From the NCBI GenBank assembly GCA_964016885.1, contig OZ024752.1, positions 3,100,001 to 3,164,000 on the forward strand: 64,000 nt of DNA, read 5' to 3'. A model generated the notes under the pieces. That model saw nothing but the letters and a program-made list of their open reading frames with translations. It had not been told where the DNA came from and did not search any database. Each line of letters starts with the position of its first letter. Positions within the stretch are counted from its first letter, which is position 1. A program made the translations under genes and the position numbers. Positions 1 to 14,407 of the stretch are shown in pieces. The stretch comes from Eledone cirrhosa (lineage: Eukaryota).

Positions 1-165
1 TTTTTATCAAGGCAATTATTTTGTAAAGGGCATTCAGATTTCCTTCTACAGTTCGATTAAATGCTATTTCAATAACCTAAACTGTTCGTATTATCATTGT
101 TAATGTTTCTAGGTGTTCCTCTATATGTGTTTAAATTATTGTCCTTGTTATTCGCATTAACTACT

Positions 166-167
<2 letters not shown>

Positions 168-203
<36 letters not shown>
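168..203. repeat. (ATT)n/(TAA)n microsatellite at the 3' end of Dong/R4 copy 1
   Basis: Pure ATT run directly abutting the element's 3' UTR. Confidence 0.95.
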
Positions 204-1353
204 GCAGCTGCATTTATCTTGCATTATGTTCATACGAGTTATCACCAAGTCACAACCAGTGACCTCAAGAGACAACAAGGTCCGCCATGTTCAAGAAAGA
301 ACATACATACTCACACATGCATCTTTAGTGTTTAGACTTGTGATGTATTTATATTGACAGAATCTTCCTTAGTATATGGGCAGTTCCCATTAGTACTATC
401 TTTTGTATTTCTCATATACGCGGGTTTCCTGGGATTTGCGATAAGTAATCATTAGACCCCTTAGGTATCATTCCTAGAGCGCCCACAACCACTGGTATTG
501 TTTTAGTTCTCAATGTCCACATTTTTCCAATTTCTATCTCCAGGTCCTTATACTTGCTCAATTTTTAAAATGTTTTTATAGATACATTCTTGTCTATTGG
601 AACGGACATATCAATTAACAGGCATACCCTCTTTTTAAAGTCCTTCAATATTATATCATCTATTTGCATCTATTTATCGGTCTGTTTCGATGCTAAAGTT
701 CCACAAGATTGAGATGTAATCTTTATCAAGTATGCGAGGTGGTTGATGCTCCCACCAATTCTTTTGATGGGGCAGGTCAAAATGTTACACATTATCCAAT
801 GTATGTATTGTGCAGCTCTGTCATGCCTGTTTAGGTATTCGGTTGAAGCTATAGGACTGCACATTGAAATTATATGGTCAGTGGTCTCTGGTTGTGTTTT
901 ACATACACGGCATAAAGGGCTGCATCCATTTTTTATTATGTTGGCTTGGTAATTTTTTGTTGGCAGACACTGATCTTGTGCTGATATAATCAGTCCTTCA
1001 GTCTCCGATTTCAGTCCAGAGGATGCCAACCACCGATGGGTTAAATGTTTGTCAACATCAGGATTGTTAGCTCGTTCTGGATATTTTCCATACAGAGGCT
1101 TTTCTTGCCATTTCTTAGCCAGTTTCTGTAGCAGTTCTTTCTTTGCAGTTACTTTTACCTGCTTTGCTTTTTCTGTGTTTTCCATTTCAGCAGTAAATGG
1201 GACTTCTGAAATGTGTAGTCCATTACTGTATCTTTGTGCATCTTTTGTAATGGAGTATGATCTTTTGATGCTTTCGTGTTTCAAAGCGAGTTTGATCATC
1301 CAATCATGTGATTCCCTTGGATATGTAGATAATCCAATTGTTGCAGTTTTCAA

Positions 1354-1354
<1 letters not shown>
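204..1354 (-). mobile_element. 5'-truncated R4/Dong-clade non-LTR retrotransposon (CCHC knuckle plus restriction-like endonuclease), disrupted copy 1
   Basis: ORF 670-1395 has LKSETEG..AQDQ, the CRVCK..ETTDHIISMC zinc knuckle and an RHD motif. The downstream RLE region matches copy 2 but is frameshifted and has an internal TAA. Stop at 349-351, about 145-nt 3' UTR, (TAA)n on both sides. Confidence 0.88.

Positions 1355-1390
<36 letters not shown>
1355..1390. repeat. (ATT)n microsatellite separating the two Dong/R4 copies
   Basis: Pure ATT run. Confidence 0.95.
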
Positions 1391-1941
1391 TGCATTTATC
1401 TTGCTTTATGTTTGTACGAGTTATCACCAAGTCACAACCAGTGACCTCAAGAGACAACAAGGTCCGCCATGTTCAAGAAAGAACACACATATTCACACAT
1501 GCATCCTTAGTGTTTAGACTTGTGATGTACTTATATTGACAGGATCTTCCTTAGTATATGGGCAGTTCCCATTAGTACTATCTTTTGTATTTCTCCTATA
1601 CGCGGGTTTCCTGGGATTTGCGATAAGTAGTCGTTAGACCCCTTAGGTATCATTCCCAGAGCGCCTACAACCACTGGTATTGTTTTAGTTCTCAATTTCC
1701 ACATTTTTCCAATTTCTATCTCCAGGTCCTTATATTTGCTCAATTTTTCAAATGTTTTTATAGATACATTCTTGTCTATTGGAACAGACATATCAATTAG
1801 CAGGCATACCCTCCTTTGAAAGTCCTTCAATATTATATCAGGTCTATTTGCATCTATTTTTCGGTCTGTTTGGATGCTAAAGTTCCACAAGATTGAGATG
1901 TGATCTTTTTCAAGTATGGGAGGTGGTTGATGCTCCCACCA
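1391..1941 (-). mobile_element. 5'-truncated R4/Dong-clade retrotransposon copy 2 (RLE domain plus 3' UTR)
   Basis: ORF 1531-1890 WNFSIQTDRKIDANRPDIIL..CLLIDMSVP..EKLSKYKDL..IPVVVGALG is a PD-(D/E)xK restriction-like endonuclease; nearly identical to about 210-760. Confidence 0.9.

Positions 1942-1995
<54 letters not shown>
1942..1995. repeat. (ATT)n microsatellite at the 5' junction of Dong/R4 copy 2
   Basis: Pure ATT run. Confidence 0.95.
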
Positions 1996-1996
<1 letters not shown>

Positions 1997-3029
1997 TTTG
2001 AGTCTCGGTCATTGATGTTATTTAACTGGAAAGTTTGTTGAAATGAAGAATATTATTATATATATATATCAACACATATATATGTTTGTGTGTGTGCGCG
2101 TATATGTGTATTTATATATATAAACATAGATCTAATACGGAATTAATATGTATTCTCTAACAGAATTGAAATTGCTGATTGAACAATATCTATAACTAGC
2201 TTAACAATGTGTGAGTTCAAATCTAATACAGGTATTTTGTGAGGGTCATTGTATTCTACATTACCAAGTTCAGTAGGCTTGTGAGAATCGATAATATATA
2301 TTCGGTTTTGAGCGAGCAGTTTGGAGGTGACATTTTGTTACTAATCCTTCTGCTAAAGAATCCAGAAATAATTACTGGCCTTCGGAACATGGAAAATCTT
2401 GAAATAATCAAATTTAACAATATTCTAATATAAGAATATATTTCTAAACTTGATCTGAAATAACTTTTGATTATATAAATTAATGTGCTTCGGTATATTT
2501 AAATGTTCATGTGCATATGTGCGTTTGTGTCTCTGCGTGCTTCGAAACGTACTTTTATTCAGTTACCGTTACATTATATTAAATTATATAGCACTGAACA
2601 ATATTCATTGTGAACTCTGGAAGATGTTTGCTTGAAGATGTATTCTTAATGTATTTTGAGAAATAATTACATTATATTAATGCTCTAGGTATATATGGAA
2701 AACTATGTTTATCAAGTCACACTGTAATGATAAATCTACATAAGATTTGAGAATGTTGAATTTCATAAGTCTTCGCAGTTTTTACATCAAGTGATTTAAA
2801 GGTAAAAATTATTTATATAACCTGGATGATTCCAAATGCCCTCTCACATTCCAATTCACGAATGTTGGGGTTAGTTCTTTTTGAGAATGTGTTTATTATG
2901 TTTTCTCGATGAATGTTGATAGATTTGTTGTTATTTTTATAACTATAAATCTAAATTCTTACATTAACATATATATACATATATATGAATGTATGTGTTT
3001 GTGTATATATACGATTAATTACGTATATC

Positions 3030-3107
<78 letters not shown>

Positions 3108-3108
<1 letters not shown>

Positions 3109-3785
3109 CAATATGTTGAAAAGGTAACACACTAGAGAGAGATAGTGTGCCATCAATAAAACGGAAAACCACCAGTGTATGGAATCTATAACATATGGAA
3201 GGCTGGTAGGTAGAAACACAAACATTAAAAATATAAATTAAAATGTATATACGCACCTCTATAACTATATAACACACACGTACAAATCCAAAGAGATCTG
3301 TTTCGCCAGGGAGTTGTTGACTGAAATGGAATAGCCTATGGTTCATCAGCGCGTACAAGACTATACATTCCAGACAACTCTAAAAGAATCTAAAGCGACC
3401 GTCCAGCTACACGCGGCAGAGAGATATGGCAGCGTGCATAGGGGAGTGAACCAGTGTTATCTGAGAGACGAGCTGCTAGAGAGAGCAGCCCGAAAACCAC
3501 TCAAAGAAGTGTGCTCAACCAAACAGAACGAAATATCACGATAAATTAACGGAGACATAGACTCTCGGTATTCCCTGTCAGTAATATGCTCAAAGGAGCA
3601 GGAATCCCGAGCTCTTTAAAATACAAAATGTTGAAAAGGTAACACATTATAGAGAGAGAGTGAGAGAGAAAGAGAGTGTTTCATCAATAAAACAGGGAGA
3701 ACCACCAGTTGTTTGAATGGTTTTCGGGCTGCCCTTTCTAGTAACTCCTCCCTCAGATACCACTGGTTCACTGCCCTATGCACGC
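3108..3785. mobile_element. Rearranged PLE-like terminal-repeat fragments (direct and inverted pieces)
   Basis: 3108-3177 is repeated directly at 3623-3709; 3430-3505 is repeated inverted at 3710-3785; adjoins (TA)n at 3043-3102. Confidence 0.55.
3704..3767 (-). ncRNA. Degenerate hammerhead-like motif (core with one extra nucleotide)
   Basis: Minus strand accagtggtat-CTGAGGGA-GG..stem..CC-GAAA-acca-TTC-aaacaactggt; sister copy on + at about 3449-3505. Confidence 0.4.
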
Positions 3786-3949
3786 AGAGGGGGGTGGGGG
3801 TGGCACAGGATACATGATACATATAATGTCACAATAAAATCACATCATAAAAAATGACATCTTAAAAAATTACGTCAAAAGTGTATCACATAAATGGTGC
3901 AATAGATCATAAGGAGGTTGAGAGAGGAAAGCAAGAAATGCATGTGGGT

Positions 3950-5400
3950 GTCACTTATCATTATCGACAAACAAACCAAGCATAGATACGTGTCTACCCA
4001 AGCAGTACAAGTACATGATTTACATGCAGAACATGATAGCTTGTAAGCAGGAGTCAGTAAACAGAAAAGTTGGTTAGTTGTGGTGCAACTTTACAGGCAG
4101 GAATTTTTATACGAAAAATGGTGCACTCCAGAAGAATCGCCTTGTAACAAGTTGATTTCTCCATAGCGGCCACCACCCTCTATCCATTGGTACCAGTTAC
4201 AAGCATTAGGCGAAAGAAAACTAGGTTTCCAAATACACGCATAGAGAATGTTTCCACAGAGGTTGTCTGCAACGAACACCTTAAATCGAAAACAGAATAC
4301 AATGAAATGAGGTAAAGCGGAGTACATGCACTGCTGGCACTCCAATGAAGGAAGTAGAAATAAAACGGGTCCGCAATATCTGCTATCTCTCACAGTCTTC
4401 CGTTCGGTTACGCAACCCAACGTCGCATGTGAAATACACATTATGGCCCAGTCTGCATCTGGCTAAAGTGCCATAACATATGTAAATATACTACAGTAAA
4501 TGCCATTCGTAATGTCTAGTTAGTCTCGTAGACAGAAAGCGTATATAAAAACTCCGCCTATGGAATTACCTAGGGCAGAGTGAAGGAAAAGCAGTTATGG
4601 TTAGGTTAATAGGCGAGCTTATTAGAAAAAGTGTAAATGTCTGGTGTGTGCAAGTACGGCAGAAGATATAGTAAACACACGGCTAGAACTACCGATGACA
4701 ACAATGTTGTTTACATGTCCACCACGTGGTTTTCGTATAGATCACTGAATCTGGAGGTTGTAATCCTTTTACAGACGGGTATAACCCCTCCTGGGTCGGC
4801 TGGAAGTCAATATCAACTGTCGCACTTTGCCTTTGGTCTCATAATGTATCGTATTTGCAGCACAATTCCTATTCCACAATGTCAATATATAGCTTCTCAT
4901 TAATAACTCCGAACATTGTCAAAAAAAGAATGCAGGAAGTCATTGTGCGCTTATGAAAAGTATGGGAGGCAGCTCGCGTCATAAAGGGCGGATATATTAG
5001 ATATCCCCGGGTCGCTTGGGGCAAACCCGTTGTTCGAGGATTGATCGATCGTGTGGAACGTAGTCCACCCAAACTTCTCCCATTGTTCACTACATTATGC
5101 TTGATCTATCCACCACGTTAAGGTTAAGGCTATCTGGACCCAAGATGCCGAGGCCATCCGCCTTATAGCTGTGGCGGAGTATGTTGGGCTTTCGATAAAC
5201 TATTATATGTTGCTATCAGTAGCGCACAATGGGCATGTTTATAAACCTTATCCCATTGGTTAGTGTGGGTACGTGTCCGTATAGGGTCACATTGTGGCGG
5301 GTGGACTGAAACGGCTCTGTAGCATACTAGTTAGCCTACATTGAGCTAAGACCACATTGTCATACCAACGACAATATATATGTCTGTCTGTGCACATTAG
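3950..5400 (-). mobile_element. Highly decayed non-LTR retrotransposon 3' region (L1/Tx1-like)
   Basis: GC-richer block; minus-strand remnants DGLGILG (GGLG-like, about 5135-5160) and ILLECT (zinc-knuckle-like, about 4120-4140); many stops. Confidence 0.3.
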
Positions 5401-5440
5401 TATAATTGTCAACCAAACTATATATATATATATATATATA

Positions 5441-5631
5441 TAAGCAACTGGTGCGCCTGTTTCTTATTGGAAAACATGACCCTCCCAAAGTATAACAATA
5501 TCTATGGATGAGGAAAGCACGATCCATAGAGGAATGGACGGCGTGCTGTGACCAGCGGCGCCGAATGGTCGGTCAAGGTGATCAAGGTGATATATACATA
5601 TATATATTTATATATATATATAAATACATTC

Positions 5632-5724
<93 letters not shown>

Positions 5725-5775
5725 AAGATACATATGCATTCATATATTTATATATATATATATATATATATACAG

Positions 5776-5813
<38 letters not shown>

Positions 5814-5885
5814 GTTTTGCAAGATTTTCGATATAAAATCGTGTCTCGAAACAAATACTGTTATACTTGGGGAGGGTCATATTGT
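5441..5885. mobile_element. Two terminal fragments of fold-back family A split by (TA)n
   Basis: 5441-5501 matches the family A arm end (gcaactggtgcg..gaccctcccaaagtataacaatat); 5809-5885 matches tail plus arm end in the opposite orientation. Confidence 0.7.
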
Positions 5886-6064
5886 TAGAATATTGCCAGA
5901 ATCAATAACAGAACACACTCACTGTTTATATTTATATATACATATATATACATACACATACTCACACACACATGCATGACCACACACTTATATATATATG
6001 TGTGTGTGTGTGTGGTGCTATCAAGCTAGACATGGCCTGGGCGAATACTAGCCGTAATCTATCG

Positions 6065-6117
<53 letters not shown>

Positions 6118-6329
6118 TATAAATACATATATATATATATAACATTGAAAATGCAACCGGTGTCTTATAAGAACATTTATTTATTTATTTACCGACTTCA
6201 CTGTCATGCTTTTCAAAAGTAAAATTGAGATGGAGGTTTTCTGGTTTGTTTGTCGTTTCTCTCGCAAACCACACCAGAAACACAAACCCTCCATCTCAAT
6301 TTTACTTTCTTTTCGTTATATTTTCACCC

Positions 6330-7445
6330 ATGTGTTGCTTTTTTTTTAGTTTAGTTGCTAAACTCCGACAGTTGCAGACTGTGCATCGACATGAGATAAA
6401 CTTCTCCACAAAGTTCGATCTCCAGCAGCAGATTTTAATGAGCAAAGATCAAATCCAGTCAATAAGTTGACATTATCAAGCCATCGTTTTGGCTGCCGGC
6501 CTCTGCTTCTCTTACCAGTCAACCTTCCTTTCAGGCATAACATACTCACACCACGAGTTGATCTTTTTATATGACCGTATAGTTTGAGTACTCTTGACTT
6601 GACAATTGATGTAATTGGTGTAAGTTGGTAATGATCAGCTCACTGATGCAGATACGGTCGCTGAGCTGCTTGCCAGTCATAAGTCTCTTGATGCGGTTCT
6701 GGAATGTAGAGAGCTTCTGAAGTGACCTTGTTGTCCAATTAACACAGTCAAGACCATATAACACAACTGCTATTGATAGGAAACTCGTGTTGATGTTAGG
6801 ACTTCCTTGTTCTTGCTGAAAGCTGCCCAACCTAGAGCGATGCGATACTGCGCAGCAACCATTCCATTGTTGTTTGATGATAGTTTGTGAACAAATCATT
6901 GAGGAATCAGTAGAGTTCAACAATCCTTTGCACATCACCCTCATTGACTTCACAATGTGAAACTACCCAGCGTGTGGCAACTCACAAACAAGGCCTCAAT
7001 TAACAAACAATATATCAACCTACTAAAAGAAACGTACAGCAACTCAACAGCATATATCAAAACAGACATGGGAACTACATGATGTATACACATATTGAAG
7101 GGAGTTAAGCAGGGAGATGTACTCTCATCACTTCTCTTCTGTAGTTATAGCTGCACTTATCTACCAAACTGAAGAAGAATGCTTCTCTGGCTATTAAATA
7201 GGAGGTAAAATCCTATCAAATCTTAGCTTTGCAGACGATCTGGCCATCGTGAGTTTCTCTAGAAATTATCTGCAAGACTTTCTGAATGTACTGGCCAAAC
7301 ATTCACTGGAGGCTGGCTTTCACATCAACATCTCCAAAACAAAGTGTATGACAACTGATAAAATCAATGCCAATCTCCAACTCCCAATCTACAACTAGTA
7401 AATTGGTCAAGTTATGAGGTTTGTATATCTTTCTTATCAAGTTAT
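6330..7445 (-). mobile_element. RTE-type LINE with 5' inversion (3' part on minus 6330-6880; RT core on plus 6880-7445)
   Basis: Minus: SSNNN..RIALGWAAF, VLYG..W, GRLTGKRSRGRQPKRWLDNV. Plus: EQIIEESVEFNNPLHITLIDF, GVKQGDVLSSLLF, FADDL, INISKTK, FVYL. Confidence 0.8.
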
Positions 7446-8655
7446 GGGGTTTTGATGTATGTATGTATGTACATGTGTGTATGTACGTATGTATGTACGT
7501 ATGTATGTATGTACGTATGTATATATGTATGTATGTATATATGTATGTATGGATGTATGTGTATTTGTGCTGTCACTTATTCACCCGCTGCTGTTTCTGT
7601 CTGGTTTTCACCGTACCTGATACCGTTTTCGCAATTAATTAACTGTGATACAACGCAGGTCCTTTCCCTAATCATTATTGCGACATAAAACTGTCACAAT
7701 TCCATCGCATTTAGTCACGTTAACCACCCTCTCCCCAACAAGTATTTTTTGTCGTTAGGCATCGAATGTCTTTTCTAAATCATCCCGTCTGATATTTGTC
7801 TTGCTGAGTCTAAATAAACTATTTCCTTGTCACACATGTTCTATGTTCTATATAAATATCTTCTATTTGTTTATTTATTTCATCAGCGCTATGTCATTTC
7901 GTATAATTTTAATTTCAATTTGTGCTGTTACAGTCAACGTTTGGTATCGTATTTCGACTCTTATGTTAATCTAGAAAACGCTTTAAATATTATGTTCCTC
8001 ATTGTACTCCCGAATGACCCGACAGTACTGTCAGTAGGTTGTTTAAACTTTGTAAGGCAATTTCGACAAGCATGCATTACGGAGTTATTTGTCCTGTATA
8101 AGTTACCATTATTTGCTTGTATATCATCTTGTCACTTATTCGTCTACTAGGTCACATGTTTGAATGCTTCTACACTCAGCCCCAAGAGCCCACTCTTCTA
8201 AGGATATGTTAATATGTGGACATCGAACCCGTATGAACATAAATATATGATATATACATATATATATATGTGTGTGCGTGTGTGTGTGTGCGTGTGTGGG
8301 TGTGTGTTTATGTATGTATGTATGTGTGTATATATAAATATATATATGTGTGTGTTTGGATGTGTGTGTGACATATTCCACTTCAATACTTTCAATTGTT
8401 TGGGATTTCCTTCGCTGATACGTACCCACGCCTATATCATTTGCTACATTTATACTGCTGTGGTGTTGAGGAAGGTCTCCAACATTCCCCCACCTGTCTT
8501 CAGGTATAAACACTAGGTCTACACTTACTTTATTGTCTCAATATTTCAGGTATGTCATTATCACAATTCCCCCACTTTACTAAATATCTGAGACTCAACT
8601 GTATACGAACAAATGATATGAATATTCTGTAATGCTAACCCTTGGAACCACATTT

Positions 8656-8808
<153 letters not shown>

Positions 8809-9067
8809 TATATATAGATATTAGATATATACGATCAGAAATATATGGAGGAGTATGAAAGACATTTAGAAACAAATTGTTACTGTATTGCATTATACCC
8901 CATATATTTCTGATTATACCCGCTCTGCTTATATCGGAACATAATTCCTTTTAAATAATAACTCCATTATAATATTTAACTTCGCATCTCTAATCATTGA
9001 GCACGCTTTGCTTCGGCTATAGGCATCTAATATATTATATCATTGATCGTTCTCCCCTTTTATTTTG

Positions 9068-9121
<54 letters not shown>

Positions 9122-9788
9122 TTGTGTTTGCGTGTGAGTGAGTGCATATGTATATGTGTGTGTAGTATGAGAAAGATAAAGGGGGAGAGCATGTGTGTAA
9201 ACATATAACATGCGCATGTCCTTATCAGAGTATGAGTATGTTAAAGTGTGACGCAAATGCATGAGTATATAATATATTAATATATAATGTATACCTAAGA
9301 AACTTCCTATAAACTCGAGCAAAGATGAACACCTTCGCTGCACACAGAGTATGTCTCTCCTACTTTAGACACAGATATTTATTAATATCTCTCTCCGCCT
9401 CTTGAGATATTTTCCCTTGCTACAAAAGAAACAGTCCTTTTTCTTGACCGATGTATCACGTGTTAATTCCTCCCTCCGTCTATAGAGATTTTCTCAATTT
9501 CTGCTAACGCGTCAAGGAAACAATCTTTTTTCCTGGGGTGTTTCTTGAAAAGCCGATTTGCCTCACAAAGATGATGCATTTTTATAATGCACAGTTGCAC
9601 ATGGAGGCGAAACTGAAGTCGGGAACGAAATTTCTATGCTTGAAGATAAATCGTATTTCTCTTCTATTGTAAATTGAGCCAACTTATGCAGCTTCACATG
9701 CAAATGAGATTAATCACCTCATTTACATGGACGAGAAAACTATATATTCTCGACTATTTTCAAGTCCAGCAGTCGCAGGGCTGGGAGC

Positions 9789-9834
9789 GATCGTCCCGAT
9801 GAGGACCAGTTAATTCTGAAATGCATCGACGATT
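9789..9834 (+). ncRNA. Minimal type I hammerhead motif with U4-to-C mutation, probably in a decayed PLE 3' end
   Basis: gatcgtc-CCGATGA-gga..tct-GAAA-TGCA-TC-gacgatt; 7-bp helix I and palindromic helix III loop ATGCAT. Confidence 0.7.
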
Positions 9835-10047
9835 GTCCCCCTTGCTTCTGCTGAACACCAACTGAGTGCGTTAGACCCGGTGTTCTCTTGCATAGCTACG
9901 GTTTTCTAAATGTTAACCCTGTAAACATAATGTGTCTCTTTAGAAATACGAAATTTCTAAACATAAACACACACCCTCACATTTATATATATATATATAT
10001 ATATATATAAATATGTATATATAAATATGTATATATAAATATGTATG

Positions 10048-10089
<42 letters not shown>

Positions 10090-10155
10090 TGTATATATAA
10101 ATATGTATGTATAAATATGTATGTATAAATATATATATATAAATATATATATATA

Positions 10156-10244
<89 letters not shown>

Positions 10245-10251
<7 letters not shown>

Positions 10252-10852
10252 ATCAAAAGATGGTTAAATGAGTTCCATGTATTTTATTATGCGCATTCAA
10301 AAACAAATATCATCCTGCAATAACATTTGTGTTTTCATCAGATAAAATAGGAGGACATGATATGAAGGTTAAAAACACTTGTGGATAGTGCAGTTTTAAA
10401 TCAACATATGAAAAGTAGTTTTAGATTGATGTGTGATATTGGTCAAAAAAATTTGTTGAGAGGGTGGGGAGTTTGGAAAGGATGAAAAAGAGGAGGGGGA
10501 GGAGTATAATGAGGAAGGATGAGATAGGAGGAGAGATGGGTGATAGAGAGAGAGATAGCTTTTATAACTGAGAAAAATATATTGTTTTACATAGGTTGAA
10601 AAACCGTTGGAAGATAATGTATAAATTAAAAGAATTTGAAAATTAACGAAGAGAAAAATAATGTAAAATTAAGGTTTATATATTGAAGGGTTTAATAAGA
10701 TGTGCGATGAAAAGAAATTGTTAATATATATTAAGAATAATATTTAAGGGATTAATAATATGTGGGATGGAAAGAACATGTTGATATGTATTATTAAAAA
10801 AACTTATCCGATATCTGCATTGCTTTATTGCACTACAATAAAACTCACCACC

Positions 10853-10857
<5 letters not shown>
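10245..10857. mobile_element. Fold-back family B element (long minus arm plus tail fragment only on plus), between (TA)n tracts
   Basis: 10245-10410 matches 26985-27153; 10803-10857 is the reverse complement of 26893-26946. Confidence 0.8.
10282..10347 (-). ncRNA. Minimal type I hammerhead motif, family B (GAAA reduced to GAA)
   Basis: ttttat-CTGATGA-aaacacaaat..atttgttttt-GAA-TGCGCA-TA-ataaaa. Confidence 0.65.
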
Positions 10858-10909
<52 letters not shown>

Positions 10910-11955
10910 ATGCGAGGGAGAGTCTAGGAGACAAAGAGAGATAGAATAGCATGTGATAGGTGAGAAAGGTAAAAAGTGTATAAAATATTTCAGATACAGT
11001 TAGAGGCAGAATAAATAGAAATATATATTGTTGAGTGTTGGAATGTGAGCTGCGATATTAAGAATATGTAAATAGAGAACAAGCGTTCAGAAAATCTGAT
11101 ATTAACCTATATATTCTGGCATGGAAATATATAATCAAATTGCTTCTTCGACAACCTAAAGGTTTTCCAAACATTCTTAATAGCACTGTTGAACTGTTCT
11201 GAAAACTGTTGGGAACACATTTATTTTCTTACCGAATTCCAACATAATAGCTAACAAATGCTCCGGTATAATGAGTATTAACGTTATCTCCCAAAGAGTA
11301 AACCTACTAATATTGTAACAATAATGATAACAAAACACAGTATAGATCGAAAAACGAAACAAAGGTATTAGTAATAATAAAGCCATGAATAAGAATACAT
11401 TACGATGAGTAGTATAATAAGTCAATGTATTTGCTTAGAAAGGAAATACAATATTGAACAAAACGAATGAAATCGAAGAATAAAAAATTATTCTCGATTT
11501 TTAGAAATAAATCCTATGATGTAGAAGGTCACGCAAGGCAAATAAAAGACAACAGATATAGTCGATGACCCTGGCAACGACTCTTAGGCTCCAATTCCCA
11601 GCTCCCTTATTTCTGCTACCTATATTCCTATGCTGAATGTAGAAACATTCATCTTTCCCTATCATTCATCTAATTTGTTATTGAGATTCACCGTTCTCTC
11701 CACTCTCACGTACATTTCCAACTGAAATTTGAAAGTGGCTGTCTTGACTCTGTTCAGTCTCATCTGCCACATCGCCATTTTAGCCATAATATCCAGATAG
11801 AATGAAAAAAATCCACAGCTGGATCCTCTCAAATCTCCCCACATTATCAATGCTTGGAAATGAAACATGAGCATGCCGACCAGGTTCTTGCTGCACACGT
11901 TTAGCCAACGTCAATGTTGATGCATTTTATTGTAGGATGTGTGCTTCATTATTAT

Positions 11956-12113
11956 AGGGTCAGACATGCTTTCCAGCGTAGTTACGTCCCTTTACGATCT
12001 GAGTTCAAATCCCGCCGAGGTTAACTTTGATTTTCATCCTTACAGGGTCGATAAAATAAAGTACCAGTAATACACTGGTTTATTGCTGGCCTTGTGCCAA
12101 AAGTAGAAACAAT
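11956..12113 (+). mobile_element. tRNA-derived SINE (major family)
   Basis: B-box GAGTTCAAATCC followed by conserved gccgaggttaactttg..ggtcgataaaataaagtaccag..ccaaaagtagaaac; about 10 copies in the window. Confidence 0.85.
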
Positions 12114-13487
12114 TATTATGACGTTGGAGGACATATAAGAGTAATTCACCTATTAATTGTAGGAGATCAAGTCGATATGTAGAGAAAATATCTATGTCCT
12201 TCAACTGGAAATATATTGTTGGTATACTTTTAGGGACTTGTCCGAAGTTGAGTAGGCTACCCTATGATTAAAAGGCACCCAATACTTTCGACTAGATACA
12301 TTTGTGCATAACTAATATATTATTTAACCAGTAGACATTTAAAGTATTTGTGTGGAATTTGAAGTAATTTGGGCTGCTTCATCTACCAGATAATGTTATT
12401 ACCCGATTATCGTATGTTGATGTAACACTGTAGATGTTTATTTATTCCATGCCGGAAGATATGTCACATTTAACATATTATTTACTGAAAGAAACATGGT
12501 ATGTATAAGATAAGGAGTGGTCGGTTCAAAACATCACTAACATATATATTATATTAGCTGTACGACATCCAATCCATGCGTAATGAATATTATAGCCTGT
12601 ATCTACCAGACATTTATTCATACGGTATTAAAATTATCTTGTTCTCTAATAAGCTGTTTACAAAACGTAAATCCGTTTACAAAATTACTTATTTCTTCAT
12701 TGATAATATGACGTTTCTGAAAGTTAGTATTTGATTATAATTTTTGTTATGTGGTTATGTGTATGTAAGACACATGCACACATGCACACACACACACACA
12801 CATATATATACACACACACAGGCACACATACAAACACACACGCACACACGCCCGCACGCCCGCACGCGCACACATATATATATTTATATATGTATATCTG
12901 ATGGTATTTTATTGCATATGTCAGCAATAAACATTATGATAAAAGGATTCTAATACGGCAGCATTAGAGACTTTGTAAATCTTCGATTAAGTAATATGAC
13001 ACATTTAAGTCAAAGAAGAAATATTGGTTTACTTGCATTCAAATATGAGTTGTGACTTTTCATATTCGTCGAATTAGGTGAATCTGTAAATATGGATCAT
13101 ATGTGACACTCAAATTAACTTCTATGTTATGACTTCTTATAGCGCCAAGTAAGGCACCGTATCAGAGATATATAATCAATGTTATTCTATTAATCACCAC
13201 GAGTTTTGCTTAACATTGTCCACTAATCCCTTTCTTAACAAGGAAGATTGTTAATAGAAGGGATATTCGTTTCTATTTATATCAGGCCTTAAATCAGCTT
13301 AGAAGCGCATTTTGTGTCTCAAATATATATTCTCCTTCTCAAATATAGCTCTAAACACGAACAGTTAGAACTCACATCTCCCAAGTATATCTTCGGTCAT
13401 CCTATAATACGAATTTCACAGTACAGTGTACAAGGACCAAGACTTCATAAAACATCCTGGGGAATTTGTGTTTATTATATATTAGAA

Positions 13488-13679
13488 AGTGTGGTATATT
13501 GGCAGTATCGGTCGAGCGCCAGACAACATGCATTGCAGCATAGAGTTATGCCCCTCTACGGTTTGAGTTCAGAGCCCGCCGAGGTTAACTTTGCCTTTCA
13601 TTGTTACGGGGTTGATGATATATAGCACTTATAATACACTGTGTTAAATTGCAGACTTTGTGCCAAAAGTAGAAACAAG
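13488..13679 (+). mobile_element. tRNA-derived SINE (major family)
   Basis: Same body; A-box-like head tggcagtatcgg. Confidence 0.8.
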
Positions 13680-14407
13680 TATATGGTGCAAAAATGTTTA
13701 TTCTTTCAAAATTATGGAAATCTAGTGCTAAAGTAACTGTCTAAATCACAATATTCTCATCTTGATATTATTTATATATAATCATGGCTTATTTCCTTAT
13801 TTCTAACATTAATCGAAGTGTCATTTCCCCTCCGATTATCCCTTCTAAAGTGATCTTTGTTCAAGGATGTTGGGATGTAATCATGATCAGTGAGCAGAAT
13901 CATTAGAACGCTGAATAATATATCGGGTAGTATATTTCTTATGGGATTTTATATTGAGGTTTCCCTATCATTGTTCCAGCCTTAATAACTTTATTCTACA
14001 TTAAAGTATTACCAGCTCTATGATGGTGAAGTATTATATTTTCATGCAGTTGTAAGCAGAGCTACAACATCCCATGATGGGTTCTTCTTTCGTATCTTGT
14101 TTTCAGACAGCAGTGTTTGATTTGAGAGATATATCGTTGTTAATATCACCAGGTTTTTATTTGAAATTTGATTTTAATTGGTGATTATTCTTGAATCCCA
14201 AATTAAATTTGTCCATACATAAATATTACCCAAACCTTTTCTAATCATAGCTATAGCATCTTGCACGCAATTTCTTTTGGCAAATCTCTTATATTTTGTA
14301 TTCCCCATATGTTTGTATTTATCAAGTGATTACCAATACCCTCTAAATTTCAGGCAGTACAACTACATTATATATAAATATGCATATATATATATATAAT
14401 AATAATA

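Noticed and set aside
8196-8240. CTAAGGA...GAA hammerhead-like remnant
   Set aside because: Both core boxes are mutated; too degenerate to call.
11956-12113. tRNA genes at SINE heads
   Set aside because: B-box present but no complete cloverleaf; followed by a shared non-tRNA body in many diverged copies.
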